Positions 36,901 to 48,900 of a stretch of 64,000 nucleotides of DNA are shown one piece after another. Below the pieces are notes generated by a model, which did no database searches, was not told the DNA's origin, and saw only the letters and a program-made list of their open reading frames with translations. The stretch's first letter is position 1. Each line of letters starts with the position of its first letter. Both the position numbers and the translations under genes were made by a program. The stretch spans positions 7,979,929 to 8,043,928 of the forward strand of contig OZ037769.1 of assembly GCA_964035545.1 (NCBI GenBank), read 5' to 3'. The stretch is from Bugula neritina. Taxonomy: Eukaryota; Animalia; Bryozoa.

Positions 36901-39900
36901 GCTAGCAGGGAGCTTTGCTGTAACCAAAAAAGTATTATACTTACTCAACGGTTCCTTCTTCAACATTCTGTAAATTCTGGTCACTAAAAACCAAAATACA
37001 AAAATATATTACAAAAGCCAAAAGATTATGTCATAGATTTCTAGCCAGGAGTCCCAGCAGATATAGGCTTTAGCACCTCCATGAAATAACTAAATAATGA
37101 AATGCAATTATGAGCATGTAGAATATATTTTGTTAGCGCATTATGTAGGTAATGGGACTAAAGAAACTGTCCCATGATGCTGGCAGAGTTGTACATTAAC
37201 ACTTCATAACAAGACTAAAACAGTTAAGTAAGATTAAATATAATGCAACCAAGGGATTATAGAGGCAGCAACATGCCATTCTAAGCCTTTTAAATGCCAC
37301 TTTGGCGCTAATTGTCTAATGACCACAGTTTGGTGTGACAGGCCATTGATCTGTATTAAATAAAAAAGTTTATAGCAAAATACAACTTAAGAAAGTAGGA
37401 AATATTACTTTTTTAATGTAATGCAACCAATGTGGAAAATTAGAACAGCTACGCCACTTTTTACAGATAGTGAAGCTACTGATGAGAAGTTAGCAATAAA
37501 AATTTACCTTCGTCTAATGGCCTTTTGATGCTGTTCACTTTCCAGTACAGCCAACTCTTTAGCTCTTCCGTGCATAAGAGCACCCGGATGGTCATGGTGA
37601 TTCAACACTCTGATATTCTACAAAATATCCCACATCGCAGTTTCATACTACAACTTAGCTACACAAAGTTTCTGTGTAAGTTACAACAGGTGAGAACAAA
37701 TCTGCATATCACTTGATTAACATAAAACTAGCACAGGATTTTATACCACAAAACACAGGCAGTAACAATTGCAAAGCATGGTATGCATGTAAAATGTTAG
37801 TAAAGGAAACATTGCAACAAGCAAGGACTGCTTAACTTACTGGAGCTGTAACCTGTGAGAATATAGCAAGAAAACAATGTTACTAGCATTCCCTGAACTA
37901 CAATAATTCACGTACTCTGCAAGGACTACTAATTTTTCATATTGTTATAAGTATATGAGCTGAATTTCATACCCTAATTCATTTGTTTTTGGCTGTTTTA
38001 TTTTTGTAAAACAATATAAAAATAGTCACATTTTGCTTCAAAAGGTGACACTAAACATATCCTTTTAACAAAAAACTGTGTTTTATGTAGTATTTCAAAT
38101 TATGGAATCTATCTTCATTTTTCTAACAATGCAACTTGACAATTTTCAAATATCTGTTATAAATAAAATTGATGGGAAAAGTTTTTTTTCTGTTTATGAA
38201 AATGGCATGTACAAAGAATAGGGCACTCCGGTATAATTTCTTATTTATGAAGAACTGTTAGAAAGAAAATGGGGACTTGTTTTAGTTGTTTTACATAACA
38301 CAGCTGAAGCTAAAGTCCTACTTGCACAGGATATTGGTATACCATCAAAAGCAATGTTTATGAATATAGACCATGGAAACCAAACAAATACTTTTTACAA
38401 ATATTTGGGTTCTGTGGGGAGGATCACTTAGAAAATAATTGATTGGTGTTATTGGAGATGTCAACAAAGAGCTCTATTGATTTATAACCATTTTCATTTG
38501 GCAACTATAGAGTACTATTTTTGTATACAAGTCTTATTAAAATACTTTGTTGACTTCTCTTTACAGTTTCAAGCATTTGCACATCACTGTTGCAACTTAT
38601 GAGACCTCTTGTGCATACATTCGTATGACCCATTGGCTGTATTGATGAAACATGTGCATATCTTTCAAGTGTGGCTACTAGCTCAGCATCACTACGAAAA
38701 TTTGTAATACAGTTGACAGATTCAGGCTGTTTTTAATATAAGTGTGTGGCTTCATTTATAGAAAAAATGATGATGCACTGAAGTTCACAGGTCCTAGACT
38801 ATTGTCAAACCACTAAATAGTAATTTTATATGATTTTAGGGTTTTAAAATTGCATGTATGTTTGTGATCACATTACATTGAGTGCATGATGAGTTAAAAC
38901 ACAAGATTTCTAATCAAAGTAATTTGGTTGTTTTCATAACTGTCACCCTTTTTCTTCTAGAAGTCATACTTAATAACACGCCCTGTTCCATCTCTCCACC
39001 CCCTCCCCCATTAAAAGAACAAGACTGAAACAACTGGAGGACTTGAGGTTGCAGAGTTAAATTTACTAATTTATTTTTTATCAATATGGATCTGAATAAG
39101 ATGGTGTGAGACCCTTGTCAAAGTTACAATCACAAAAGCTGTCCAGTGGTGCAACAAAGTTATTATGTTAAAGTGGCAAGCCAACATAAAAAAAGTTGAG
39201 CTAAGAAAGCATAGCTGGCATATTTGAGACACCTCTATAAGTCTTTGTGATGCAGTACAGCTAGTAAATATGTACTCTCAGTCATCTTTTCCAGTACACG
39301 GCTGGAGTCAAAACCATGACACTATTACATAATCATAATACAAGTGTCTTATTACAGTTCTACAGCAAAAGGGAATTTGATGTAAGAAGTTAACTTACAT
39401 GATGACTTTCTCCGTCTGCTGGCACATCTTCAGCTTCAACTTTTCCTTTACATTTATGAATCCACCAGTGATTATCCTGGCAATATGCAGTAATTGCCAT
39501 CAAAGGGAAAAATGCTAATGTAACAAAAGCCTCCCAGATTTCCACTCTACCTGGGCTGATTATTTTAACCACTAACAACATCCAAATATAGGCCCAGATA
39601 GACCAGCCTGATGTTAACAAGAACACGGTGAACTGACTGACTTTCTTGGTTTCGGGAAGATTTGGTGCGACTATACAGATGGCGGATATCATGAGCAAGT
39701 TATATGATGCTGATCCCATGATAGTAAACACTCCCAAGTTGCCCTCCGCTTGGAACTGCGCTACTTGAGTCAGATTCACTGGCAACTTGGTCAGCGCCTC
39801 AATGAAGGCAATGAGTATCTCCGGAGCTGAGCTACCCAGAGCCATCAGAGTTAAGTTAGCAACTGTTTCGTTCCAAATTAGCACCTCTCGTCTCACAACT

Positions 39901-40184
39901 TTCTCCTGTTCAGCATCCCATTGTGAAATTGTTCTCTTTTTCGCTGTAATAGTTTCGATACTCATCATGAATATGTCACTAGCCTTAGCTATGCCAATGA
40001 ATATCCACAGCATAGCCACCAAATAGAGAAATCCTCTGACACCGTCATTCCACAGGTTTTCCCCTGGCAGTAGCATCCAACTAGTACATTGCTCTCTGCC
40101 ATCACACAATCTCTCTACTGTGTAACCAAGAAAGTTACCCCTTGTGTCTGTGTAATTCTTGACCACCTCTTCACAGTTTGACAT
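21970..40184 (-). CDS. SLC8A: Na+/Ca2+ exchanger (SLC8/NCX/Calx family)
   Basis: Exons join in frame: 39399-40184 (acceptor at 40208), 37508-37617, 36945-36983, 36184-36294, 35289-35422, 34107-34231, 33661-33804, 32310-32472, 28775-28892, 27640-27763, 26405-26498, 24545-24623, 23776-23971, 23471-23624, 22790-22968, 21970-22104. Alpha-1 repeat [13 protein letters not shown], alpha-2 repeat [12 protein letters not shown]...[14 protein letters not shown], two Calx-beta domains and C-terminal IGGELGG. The true start may lie in an unseen upstream exon. Confidence 0.93.
29109..29140. repeat. Imperfect (CAG)n tract in an NCX intron
   Basis: cagcagcagcagcaccagcagcggcagcagc. Confidence 0.7.
30571..30666. 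repeat. 13-bp minisatellite (TCTACACACTGTA)n, ~7 copies
   Basis: Directly visible tandem array. Confidence 0.9.
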
Positions 40185-43019
40185 TGTGCAGGCCGGTTTG
40201 TTTACTTTCTGCCAAAAGATAGAGAACGTAGTAATACATGCCTTACCAACAGCTGGCAAGTGACTGCGACATACTAGTGATAGCTAAGTTACATACCAGT
40301 ACAGAAAACCCTTTAGTGCAACTAGTACTAGCGAGGACAACATAGTCCTTGAGCCTATTGAACAGAAACTAAACCAATATTGCAGATAACTGGCTAGCTC
40401 CCTATACAGTAGTCAACTGTTAGGTATAGGCAAGTCGACCTTTAACTTAGTTAATGCATCAATGTATAATAATAGACACGTTTTATAGATCAGTTCAATC
40501 ATTCTTGATCTGATGGATGTAGTCCAGCTTTATAGCCAGTAAAAGGGCAGTCAATTAATGTATTTATCAATCACATATTACTTCCAATATCTACTATACA
40601 GTAAACAAGTGGAACATTCAAATTAAAATAAGAATAGAAATGAGTGTACAAAATATTCATACCTTTTGGGAACAAAATCTGTACAGGAGTTCTATTTACA
40701 CTCAAAAGTAGAACATTGCAGACTTTCAACAAAGCATACCAGCTCAGAGCTTACAACCTTATTACTCTCGAAGCAGAACGTAATGCAGTTAACAGGAGAG
40801 AGTGTGTATTCTTAGAGAGCATGTTCTAGCAACCTTACACTGCTGGCTGGCTAATTACGTATGTAAAGGCCTTTCACCAATCTAAATCCCTTTCATTATA
40901 ACTGCTCATAATGAAACATGTATAGCACATGGCAACCTATACATAATGACAAACAATAATATATTATTGATTTACGATCATTTGTTGGATGTTGAATATA
41001 TATATATTTTACAGGCACATGTAGAAAGTGACTGCCCATACACAATAGCTTATACATTGCAGTTAAACAGGCTTATACCTGGTAAAGGGTGTAAATTAAT
41101 GCATTAAGATCTACAACCTGACTACAAAATTTCCACTAAGTATATCATACATAGTTACATTTGCATATTTTAAAACACTCTGCATGAACTACTATAATTT
41201 CAATTTTACAAAATTGGTCTGAAAAGTTTATGTAATTGTATATCATTATACTTGCAAAATTTTTCTAAAGAGTTACATTAATATATTATATAAGGTTTTC
41301 ACAATGTAATAGAAAAATTTAATCATTTGAAATTGCAGTTTCATATCAGCAAAGTCTGCTACAATCTACATTTCGATATAATGCAGATACCACAGATAAT
41401 GCATTTAACTGCATGTAACTAATTAATTGTTATGGGACATAATAAGGACAGAGATAATAGAGATGCGAACTATGTCATAAAGATAAGACAACTTCAGCAA
41501 AACTACCAAAATATGAATAAAATATGGTCAATGGTGGGTTTGGGAAGATGCAATAGATCTATGGTTGCAATTTTCAGGTATAAGCAAGGATCTGCCCAGC
41601 ATTGGCTAGCATTTTACTTTTCCACAATAAATGATCTGAATCAGATGGCGTACGTCAGCTTTCACAAACTCTTTTGGAAACCTCTAAATGAAAGAAAAAG
41701 CAGAATTTATTACATATTTTACAATCATATTTATAAGAAAACAAAACCTTACTCGAAAGTCGAAGTAATTGGTCAATAACACATGTATAAGGGGATGTTG
41801 AGTAGCCTACGTAGGTAGAATTATAATTGAAAAGTTGGTACTAAATTCAAAGCATTCTTTAGACTATTATATTGATCAGAAATAATTGATTACAAATCGT
41901 TTTATATCACCAACGTCGCGATGGCTAATGAATAGACCACATTCAAGATCAATCAGACGGTACAAAAGACAAAATTTGTGCACAGTAGCTCATTAGAAGC
42001 TGTGTAGAGTTACACATTGTTAGTTTATATAATACCATTGATTATCATGCTATTTCTGGTATAGACATTAATAATAAAACAAAAGTTTAGATGTAAGCAT
42101 GAACTGGTGTACGATTACCACGGAGGTTACTTTGGTTATAGAAATAAGATTAAGAGTTGAAATAATTCACAAATTAACAAGATTTTCCTATGACTTCTCA
42201 GAAAGGCTGTTGTGGAGAAATATAATAAACTAAATCATATTACCTGAAGGAAAAACTAAAATGAAACATATTAATGTCTGAACAAGATTGGTAGCTGGGC
42301 ATCGATATGAACTGGTAGAGAAATTGGTTTAAATTAAATGCTTATGTCATAGGCTCCAAAAATATAATATTCTATTAATCAAAATTCAATAAATTCAATG
42401 AACACGTTATTTATTGATGAACAAGCAAAAAAGCTGCAGTTATTGATGTGAGCGTGATAGTTAATACAATTTTCTACTCCCTATAGATGATTTTTGATTA
42501 GAATACCTGATTGGACATAAAAATAAAGATTTTTTACTTCAAGTTCTTAAATGACTTTTGCTTTAATTACTTATTGATAAAGTAGAAAAAGACATATTTT
42601 AGCTTCAAGTGGTTTTATACTGCAGGTCTCAAAGCTGTGAGTTCTGAATGTCCAGTTGAAGGTCACAGTTAAAAGGAAAGGAAATAAAGTGAATTTATGC
42701 TTTAATATTTTTACAAACAGACACGCACCCTGCATTTAATTAATTAGGAACATCTAGTCTGCTCTTTCAAGGTATCTTTAAAGCACGAGCTTCATCTCAG
42801 TATGAAGAGTTACAGATGACAAAGTAATAGTAATACAGTTTTTTCTTACTATATTATTGGTGTATATTTGGAGTCTGCTCAACTTGCCAAATATTTAATT
42901 CAATTTTCCATACTTTAATTCAACAATGAAATAAAAATAATTTTGTACACTAGAAATTACAGATAAGAAGTCTCAAACTTGTCTAGCAATCTATTTGAAA
43001 TCAGAATACAAGTGTATGA

Positions 43020-43085
43020 ATATAAAGTATATAAGAATAATGTATATAAAGTATATAAGTATAATGTATATAAAGTATGTATAAT
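43020..43085. repeat. 24-bp AT-rich tandem repeat, ~2.5 copies
   Basis: TATAAAGTATATAAGWATAATGTA repeated. Confidence 0.7.
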
Positions 43086-44351
43086 GGACTGAAAATCTAA
43101 TCAAGTGATATAATGTTTCAGAAGTGGGAATGCCAATTCTCTTCATTTTCAGTTGGACTGTACTGCTTGCTATAAGTTATTAAAAAATGCTCCGGGGAGT
43201 CAAGTCAAACTACAAACAACAATAACATTAAGAAGTGTATTCCATTACCAATTACGTTTGTGGCAGGAGAGGTAGAAATGGCAAAAGTTATAAGCCAATA
43301 GTATTACTGCCTGGTGTTTGGCTAGCAACCAGTAGCAAATGAATTTAACAGAGCAGTGCTCACATTATAAAATACTTGAGCAGTAGGTTCTAGTTTTCAT
43401 GAAATAGTATTCATAATGGGTTTTGTTCAAATATAACTGAGAGTCAATATTATTCATCAACATTAATTCTATGCCCCATGTTTATATAGTATACATAGTT
43501 AAGTGATAATACCAGCACTGCATCATTAATTTTCTTTCAAATAAATTTATAGCTTAACCAGCCATTCAAAATGAAAACAATGGCTTTGAAAACTGCACCA
43601 CCTTTTTATACAAACCACAGCTAGAATTTCAAGTGTTGAACTTTCTGGACATTAAAATATGTAAATGCAGTTTTTGACTTTGCTTATGCCTGATCAAATA
43701 GAACAAATAACATTTCTCCAAGTCATTATAACACTTAAAACATAAAATGAATGCCCGTGAAGTAACTTGGATTTGGTGTTTAGATAACGTTGCTTAAAAT
43801 AGCTCTTTTGTAAAATTTGCCTACAAAAATAAAACAAAACACATGGTGTATGTAGATCAGCATGCTTACAGTTACCATAGACAGGCCTAACAAGAAGGAT
43901 AGAGAGCTTACCTCAAACACCTCTTGTTCTCTTTGAAAACTACCCATTATTCTTTACATCATGATATTTAAATCATTTGAATGCAGGTGACCAGTTAGTA
44001 AAGTTAACAAGTAAAGGTATTGTCCTACATTAGCAAGGCGTGCCTACCACAATACGAAGCTGTTTAAATTACACAGAACTTTCCTTTTCAAAACAGAAAA
44101 AATGTTACAAATAAAATAATTTTTCAGGGTAAAACAATAGTTTGCCTATTATAAGCACAATTAATAAATTGCTGATCTATTCAATAACTGTAACCAAAAC
44201 AGCTGATAAATTTCAATACGACAACTTTAGAGCTGTTAACATATCATATTATCTAGCACATATGCTTTTATTCTTGAAACTTTATTTGCCGGTGCTACAC
44301 TATTTAAAACTATAAGCCATAGAATGCTTGATCAATTTTTACCTTAACATT

Positions 44352-44585
44352 GTGTGCATGGTGTGTGTGTGGTGTGTGTGTATGGGTGTGTGTGTGTGGT
44401 GTGTGTGTGTGTGTGGTGTGTGTGTGGTGTGTGTGTGTGGTGTGTGTGTGTGTGTGTGTGTGTGATGTGTGTGTGGTGCATGTGTGTGTGTGTGGTGCAT
44501 GTGTGTGTGTGGTGTGTGCGTGTGTGTGTGTGGTGCATGTGTGTGTGTGTGTGTGTGTGTGGTGCATGTGTGTGTGTGTGTGTGG

Positions 44586-44616
<31 letters not shown>

Positions 44617-44618
44617 TG
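44352..44618. repeat. Compound (TG)n microsatellite, ~270 bp
   Basis: TG runs punctuated by GG and CA. This tract produces the spurious HT/CV-rich ORFs. Confidence 0.97.
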
Positions 44619-44903
44619 TTTAACTAATAGTTTAATATAATGTTTGAATCAAATTTTATCATACTCTTTGCCCTATAATATACTTTGCTCTGTTTTTACA
44701 TCTATCAATATATAACACAGCTAAACTTGTAATACATGATATATATATGTATTTATACATGAATATTATAGATATTTTTAGAAAGCAATTTTGATAACTT
44801 TTGAAAAAAATTGACAATGACTTTAACAGTAAATACAGGCACACAATAATATAAATATTAGCTACTAAAAATGTTTTGCTACCAGTTGATAAGATTCTAT
44901 AAT

Positions 44904-45078
44904 ACTAAACACAAAGTCATGGGTTGAACCCAGCAAAGGCCATTGGTGATGTTAGGAAGAGCATCCAGTCATAATTGCTCCTGTGCCTCATCTGAACAAG
45001 TCCTTAGCCTGATTAACAAAAAACCCCTTCCATCAGGGGTTTCTCACAGATATGGTGACTATAAACTTGTGTGAGTTT
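44904..45078 (+). mobile_element. 5'-truncated SINE-like retroposon with an 18-bp target-site duplication
   Basis: TTGATAAGATTCTATAAT at both 44886-44903 and 45079-45096. A B-box-like GGGTTGAACCC lies near the 5' end, and a related fragment lies at ~33861-33900. Confidence 0.7.
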
Positions 45079-45771
45079 TTGATAAGATTCTATAATGTAT
45101 ATAAGTTGCCTTTACATTGACAGCACCACACTTCAATAAAATCTAGCTTGACCAGGATTTGAATCTAATGATCTAATAAACCTCCAGTATAAGGCACAAT
45201 GTAGAGCACAGCCAGAATAATTTTCTGTACGCCACATAGCCAGACCAACAACCTCACATATTTGTGTTTGAAAACACGGCAAAAATATTTTTCATGAAAG
45301 AGAATGCATCTCACCATTAGCATATGGCAGTTGTTTCAATTTTGAGGAGACCAACACTTAGAGGTACATGTTTCAAACCCACTTTCATGGTCAGAACCAA
45401 CAACTACGCAGATATAATATCATTGGGTCAGTTGTTCAACCTATCTTGTCACAATTCATGCAACCTCCAGGCATCTGATTGAAAGAATAAAACAGTAGAA
45501 AAGGAAACAAACAGAAATGAAAGGCTGAGATTCAAAATCCCAGGTGCTTGTCCGTACTTTGCGACAGCTATGGTAATATTTCTACTTATGAATAAGTGGC
45601 TAGGCCTTTGACCGAGTTTCAAACATAACCCTATTAAGAAACATCAACACGTGAAAGCATAAGCAGGTTAACACACTAAAACAATGTATTTTACATAATC
45701 CTCAAGTTAAAAAAAATCAATAAAAATATGTAGAAGATGCCAGCTTGTTTAACAAAACTGATATTGGAAGA

Positions 45772-45901
45772 TGTATATTGTATGTATATTGTATATTCTA
45801 GTTGTATAATGTATGTATATTGTATATTCTAGTTGTATAATGTATATTGTATATTCTAGTTGTATAATGTATATTGTATATTCTAGTTGTATAATGTATA
45901 T
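45772..45901. repeat. 27-bp tandem repeat (TGTATATTGTATATTCTAGTTGTATAA), ~4 copies
   Basis: Directly visible. Confidence 0.9.
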
Positions 45902-48900
45902 TAGCGAATAAATATTTAGAAAAAAGAAAAGCTGGAAGATGATGCACTAACTACTCCAAAAAGCATACTGGATATGCTAAAAGTAATGTAATTCCCAAAG
46001 GGAATGGATAGATAGTTCTAGATGTTGGGCCAACATGCAAACTCATACAGTTGCATGATGGAAGGCCTAGCCTATTAGGATATGTTCCAACTACCTCACT
46101 TCATCCCTGAATACTACATACTAACTGCTTTGACATGAGCCTAGAAAATTAAACACTTTTATTAACAAACCGGCCAACTTTGGTAGTCATGCTATATGTG
46201 ACATAGGATAATGAGCATTGCAAAGTTTTATAATAATTAGGTTATATTTAGAAGGTATATTAGAAATATTTTATGTTTGATAAACAAAGAAATTAAAAAG
46301 AACTCATAAAAAATTAAAAAAAGCATAAGCTATATATTGTTTAAATAACGGAGAGTCCTAAGCAATGGAACAACAATGTTACTTTGAGCTTTGAAAATTC
46401 TAGCAAAATTATTTTCATAGTGTGGTCACAGTATGCACAGACTTGGTTGCCCATGACAACGAAATAATATTTGGAGGTGAATGCTGCTGTGTATATCCTG
46501 ATTAGAGTGCTTAGACATACAAGGGATTTGTTAATCTCTCTATTTATATATCGGGATTGTTTAATTACCCAGTTTATCTGTAATACATTGCAAACTAGAA
46601 TGCAATGGGCTGAATCACGATATATTCAGGCTTGGCAACTCTAGTCTGAGAAAACATTTTGAAATTCTATAAACCACACAGAGAAAATTTGGTTAAATTT
46701 ACAGTTATGGCCAAAACTTGAAGAAAATATTTAAACAAATTTAACATTTAATTCACAATTCTATTCATGAATCCAAAATATCTTTATATATTTTTATGCA
46801 ATATATGCAGCTATATAAAGTAGTGTTAATGTTTGGGCAATTTTTACACTCACTGGATATTAAAAGTTGCTCCATGTGGGATTGTATCTTGGCGAGTGAT
46901 GACTTGTTACAGGTGGCAAGGACTACAGCTGCAAACACTGTTCCCTCTTTTCTGTGAATAGGAAAACATCACAAGATGATACAATACAAGAATTATCCAA
47001 TCTTGAATCTGAACAAAGAGTCTGATAGTCTGGACATTGAATATCAGTAGGTTAACTAGAGTTCAAATTTGATAAAACACAGCATGTACATACAAAATTC
47101 AGGTAGGCAGGTAAGGGCTAAGAATGGAAGAGCAAATTGCTACAAAAGATAGGTAAAACATTCGCACTAAGGTAGACTTGTTGGAGTAAATCAGCTGTAA
47201 CATGGTTTAGAGACCATAACACATATTATTGGTAAATCAACAGATTTCAACGATTAAATAAAAACACAATATTTTGATACTACAAAACTAAAAATTTAAA
47301 TTTTATCGAAAAATTATATAAAAGCATTTGAAATGGCCAACAGTGTTTGTTTTTCTTTGTAATTTAAAGTAACTTTATCTCCATGTAGAATGTAGATCTA
47401 AACAACACTTATTTAATTTTGTATTAGCTCATTGCGCTACTTTCATTTAGTGGATGAAAAACTTTAAAATTTTGACATATTGAACTGCTCACTAAGATTA
47501 AAACACTACATTCAACAAATATTTCAAAATATTTCTGCTGAAAAATGATAGAGAATAAATCACTATTTAGATATGTGCAAATTCACTGGTGAAATGCTCA
47601 GAAAGATTAGAAGGTAAAATCTAGTATCAGAATAAAAGCATTGGCAGAGTTGCAGCAGTGAAATTTAATGAGCAAGCTTGAACTATCAAAAATAAACATG
47701 AAATTTTTTTTCAACATTGTAGAGGCCCTTGGAATATTTAGTTACGATTTTCAGTGACACTATAAACCATATGATCTATGAGTGTTTGTTCTGGATAAGC
47801 ATATTATTTCTTGCATGAACTCATTTGTATCTGGTGTCAATGTCCTTTACAGAACGTCAATGTGATGTTGACAGCACTAAATTAACAATAGCCTAACTTA
47901 TATTAGTTAAAAACAAACATTTCAACAAAGTAGTTCATACAACTTGCTATGATAATTCTTTTAAGGAGTTATTTACCCATGAAAAAAATTGTTTTACCAA
48001 GAGGACACAACTCCTTTTTATGCTTATTAATTATCTAGAAGAAAGTAGTTGCATGTAGTTATTTCAGATCATACCTGGAAAGCATCTAAAGAGCAGTTAT
48101 ATTCACTGCACTTGAAACCAAACATATATCTCCCTCATGAAATGTCTGTAAATACCTGAAGAAGACAATACTGAAATAATTTCTTATGATAACCTGGGGT
48201 GCTTCTTTCCTCTAAGAGTAAGGGGAGTATATGCAGCACCTCAATGAACCTTAGGATTGAAAAATTCCGAACCAAGAAGAGTCTTTCATAATATAAAAGT
48301 TACAGAAAGAAAGTAAATCAGTACAGAAATTGCCAACTCAATATCTTGAAACACATGAGCACATTTAAAAAGCATGTTTTAGCATATCTACAGCAAAAAC
48401 CAATAATGCATAAAATACAATCTATTATTTACACAGTACAAACTAAGGCATATTAGTTATTTGGGTTATATGCATTGTTATAAATACAATATGTTATAAA
48501 ATGGTCTGACCTTTTGACTGGCCAAGAGGTGACATGATGCGCTGCTGAGACCCTGATGTGGCAGCACATTAACTGAGACTAGCTTCATTATACACATGAG
48601 ACCTGACTGATAGTTCCCCATGTTTGCTCCATATCTTTTAGGGTACAATTTCTAAAATCATCAGTTGGCAATAGTAATTACATGACCATTAGTAACATTG
48701 GTAGTGTAGATAGAATTTTAAAAAAACTCAAGAAAAAGCTGATCAATATAAATGAATAAACTATATAGGACCATACAATGTTTATCAAGATTTGCAGCAT
48801 ATTAAAATATACACAAAAAAAAACAAATGCAGATCTATTTTCCAATCCTTTATTATAAAACTAAAAACAAGAACTTTCCATGATGGCAAATACATAAAGT

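Noticed and set aside
40430-40445. Solo Kolobok-like ends (GCAAGTCGACCTTTAA; also TTAAAGACGCG near 12837)
   Set aside because: No partner TIR was found in the window, so no element can be delimited.
41432-41779. 115-aa ORF upstream of NCX
   Set aside because: No recognisable domain, and composition like non-coding AT-rich DNA.
44310-44640. His/Thr- and Cys/Val-rich ORFs
   Set aside because: They are translations of the (TG)n microsatellite.
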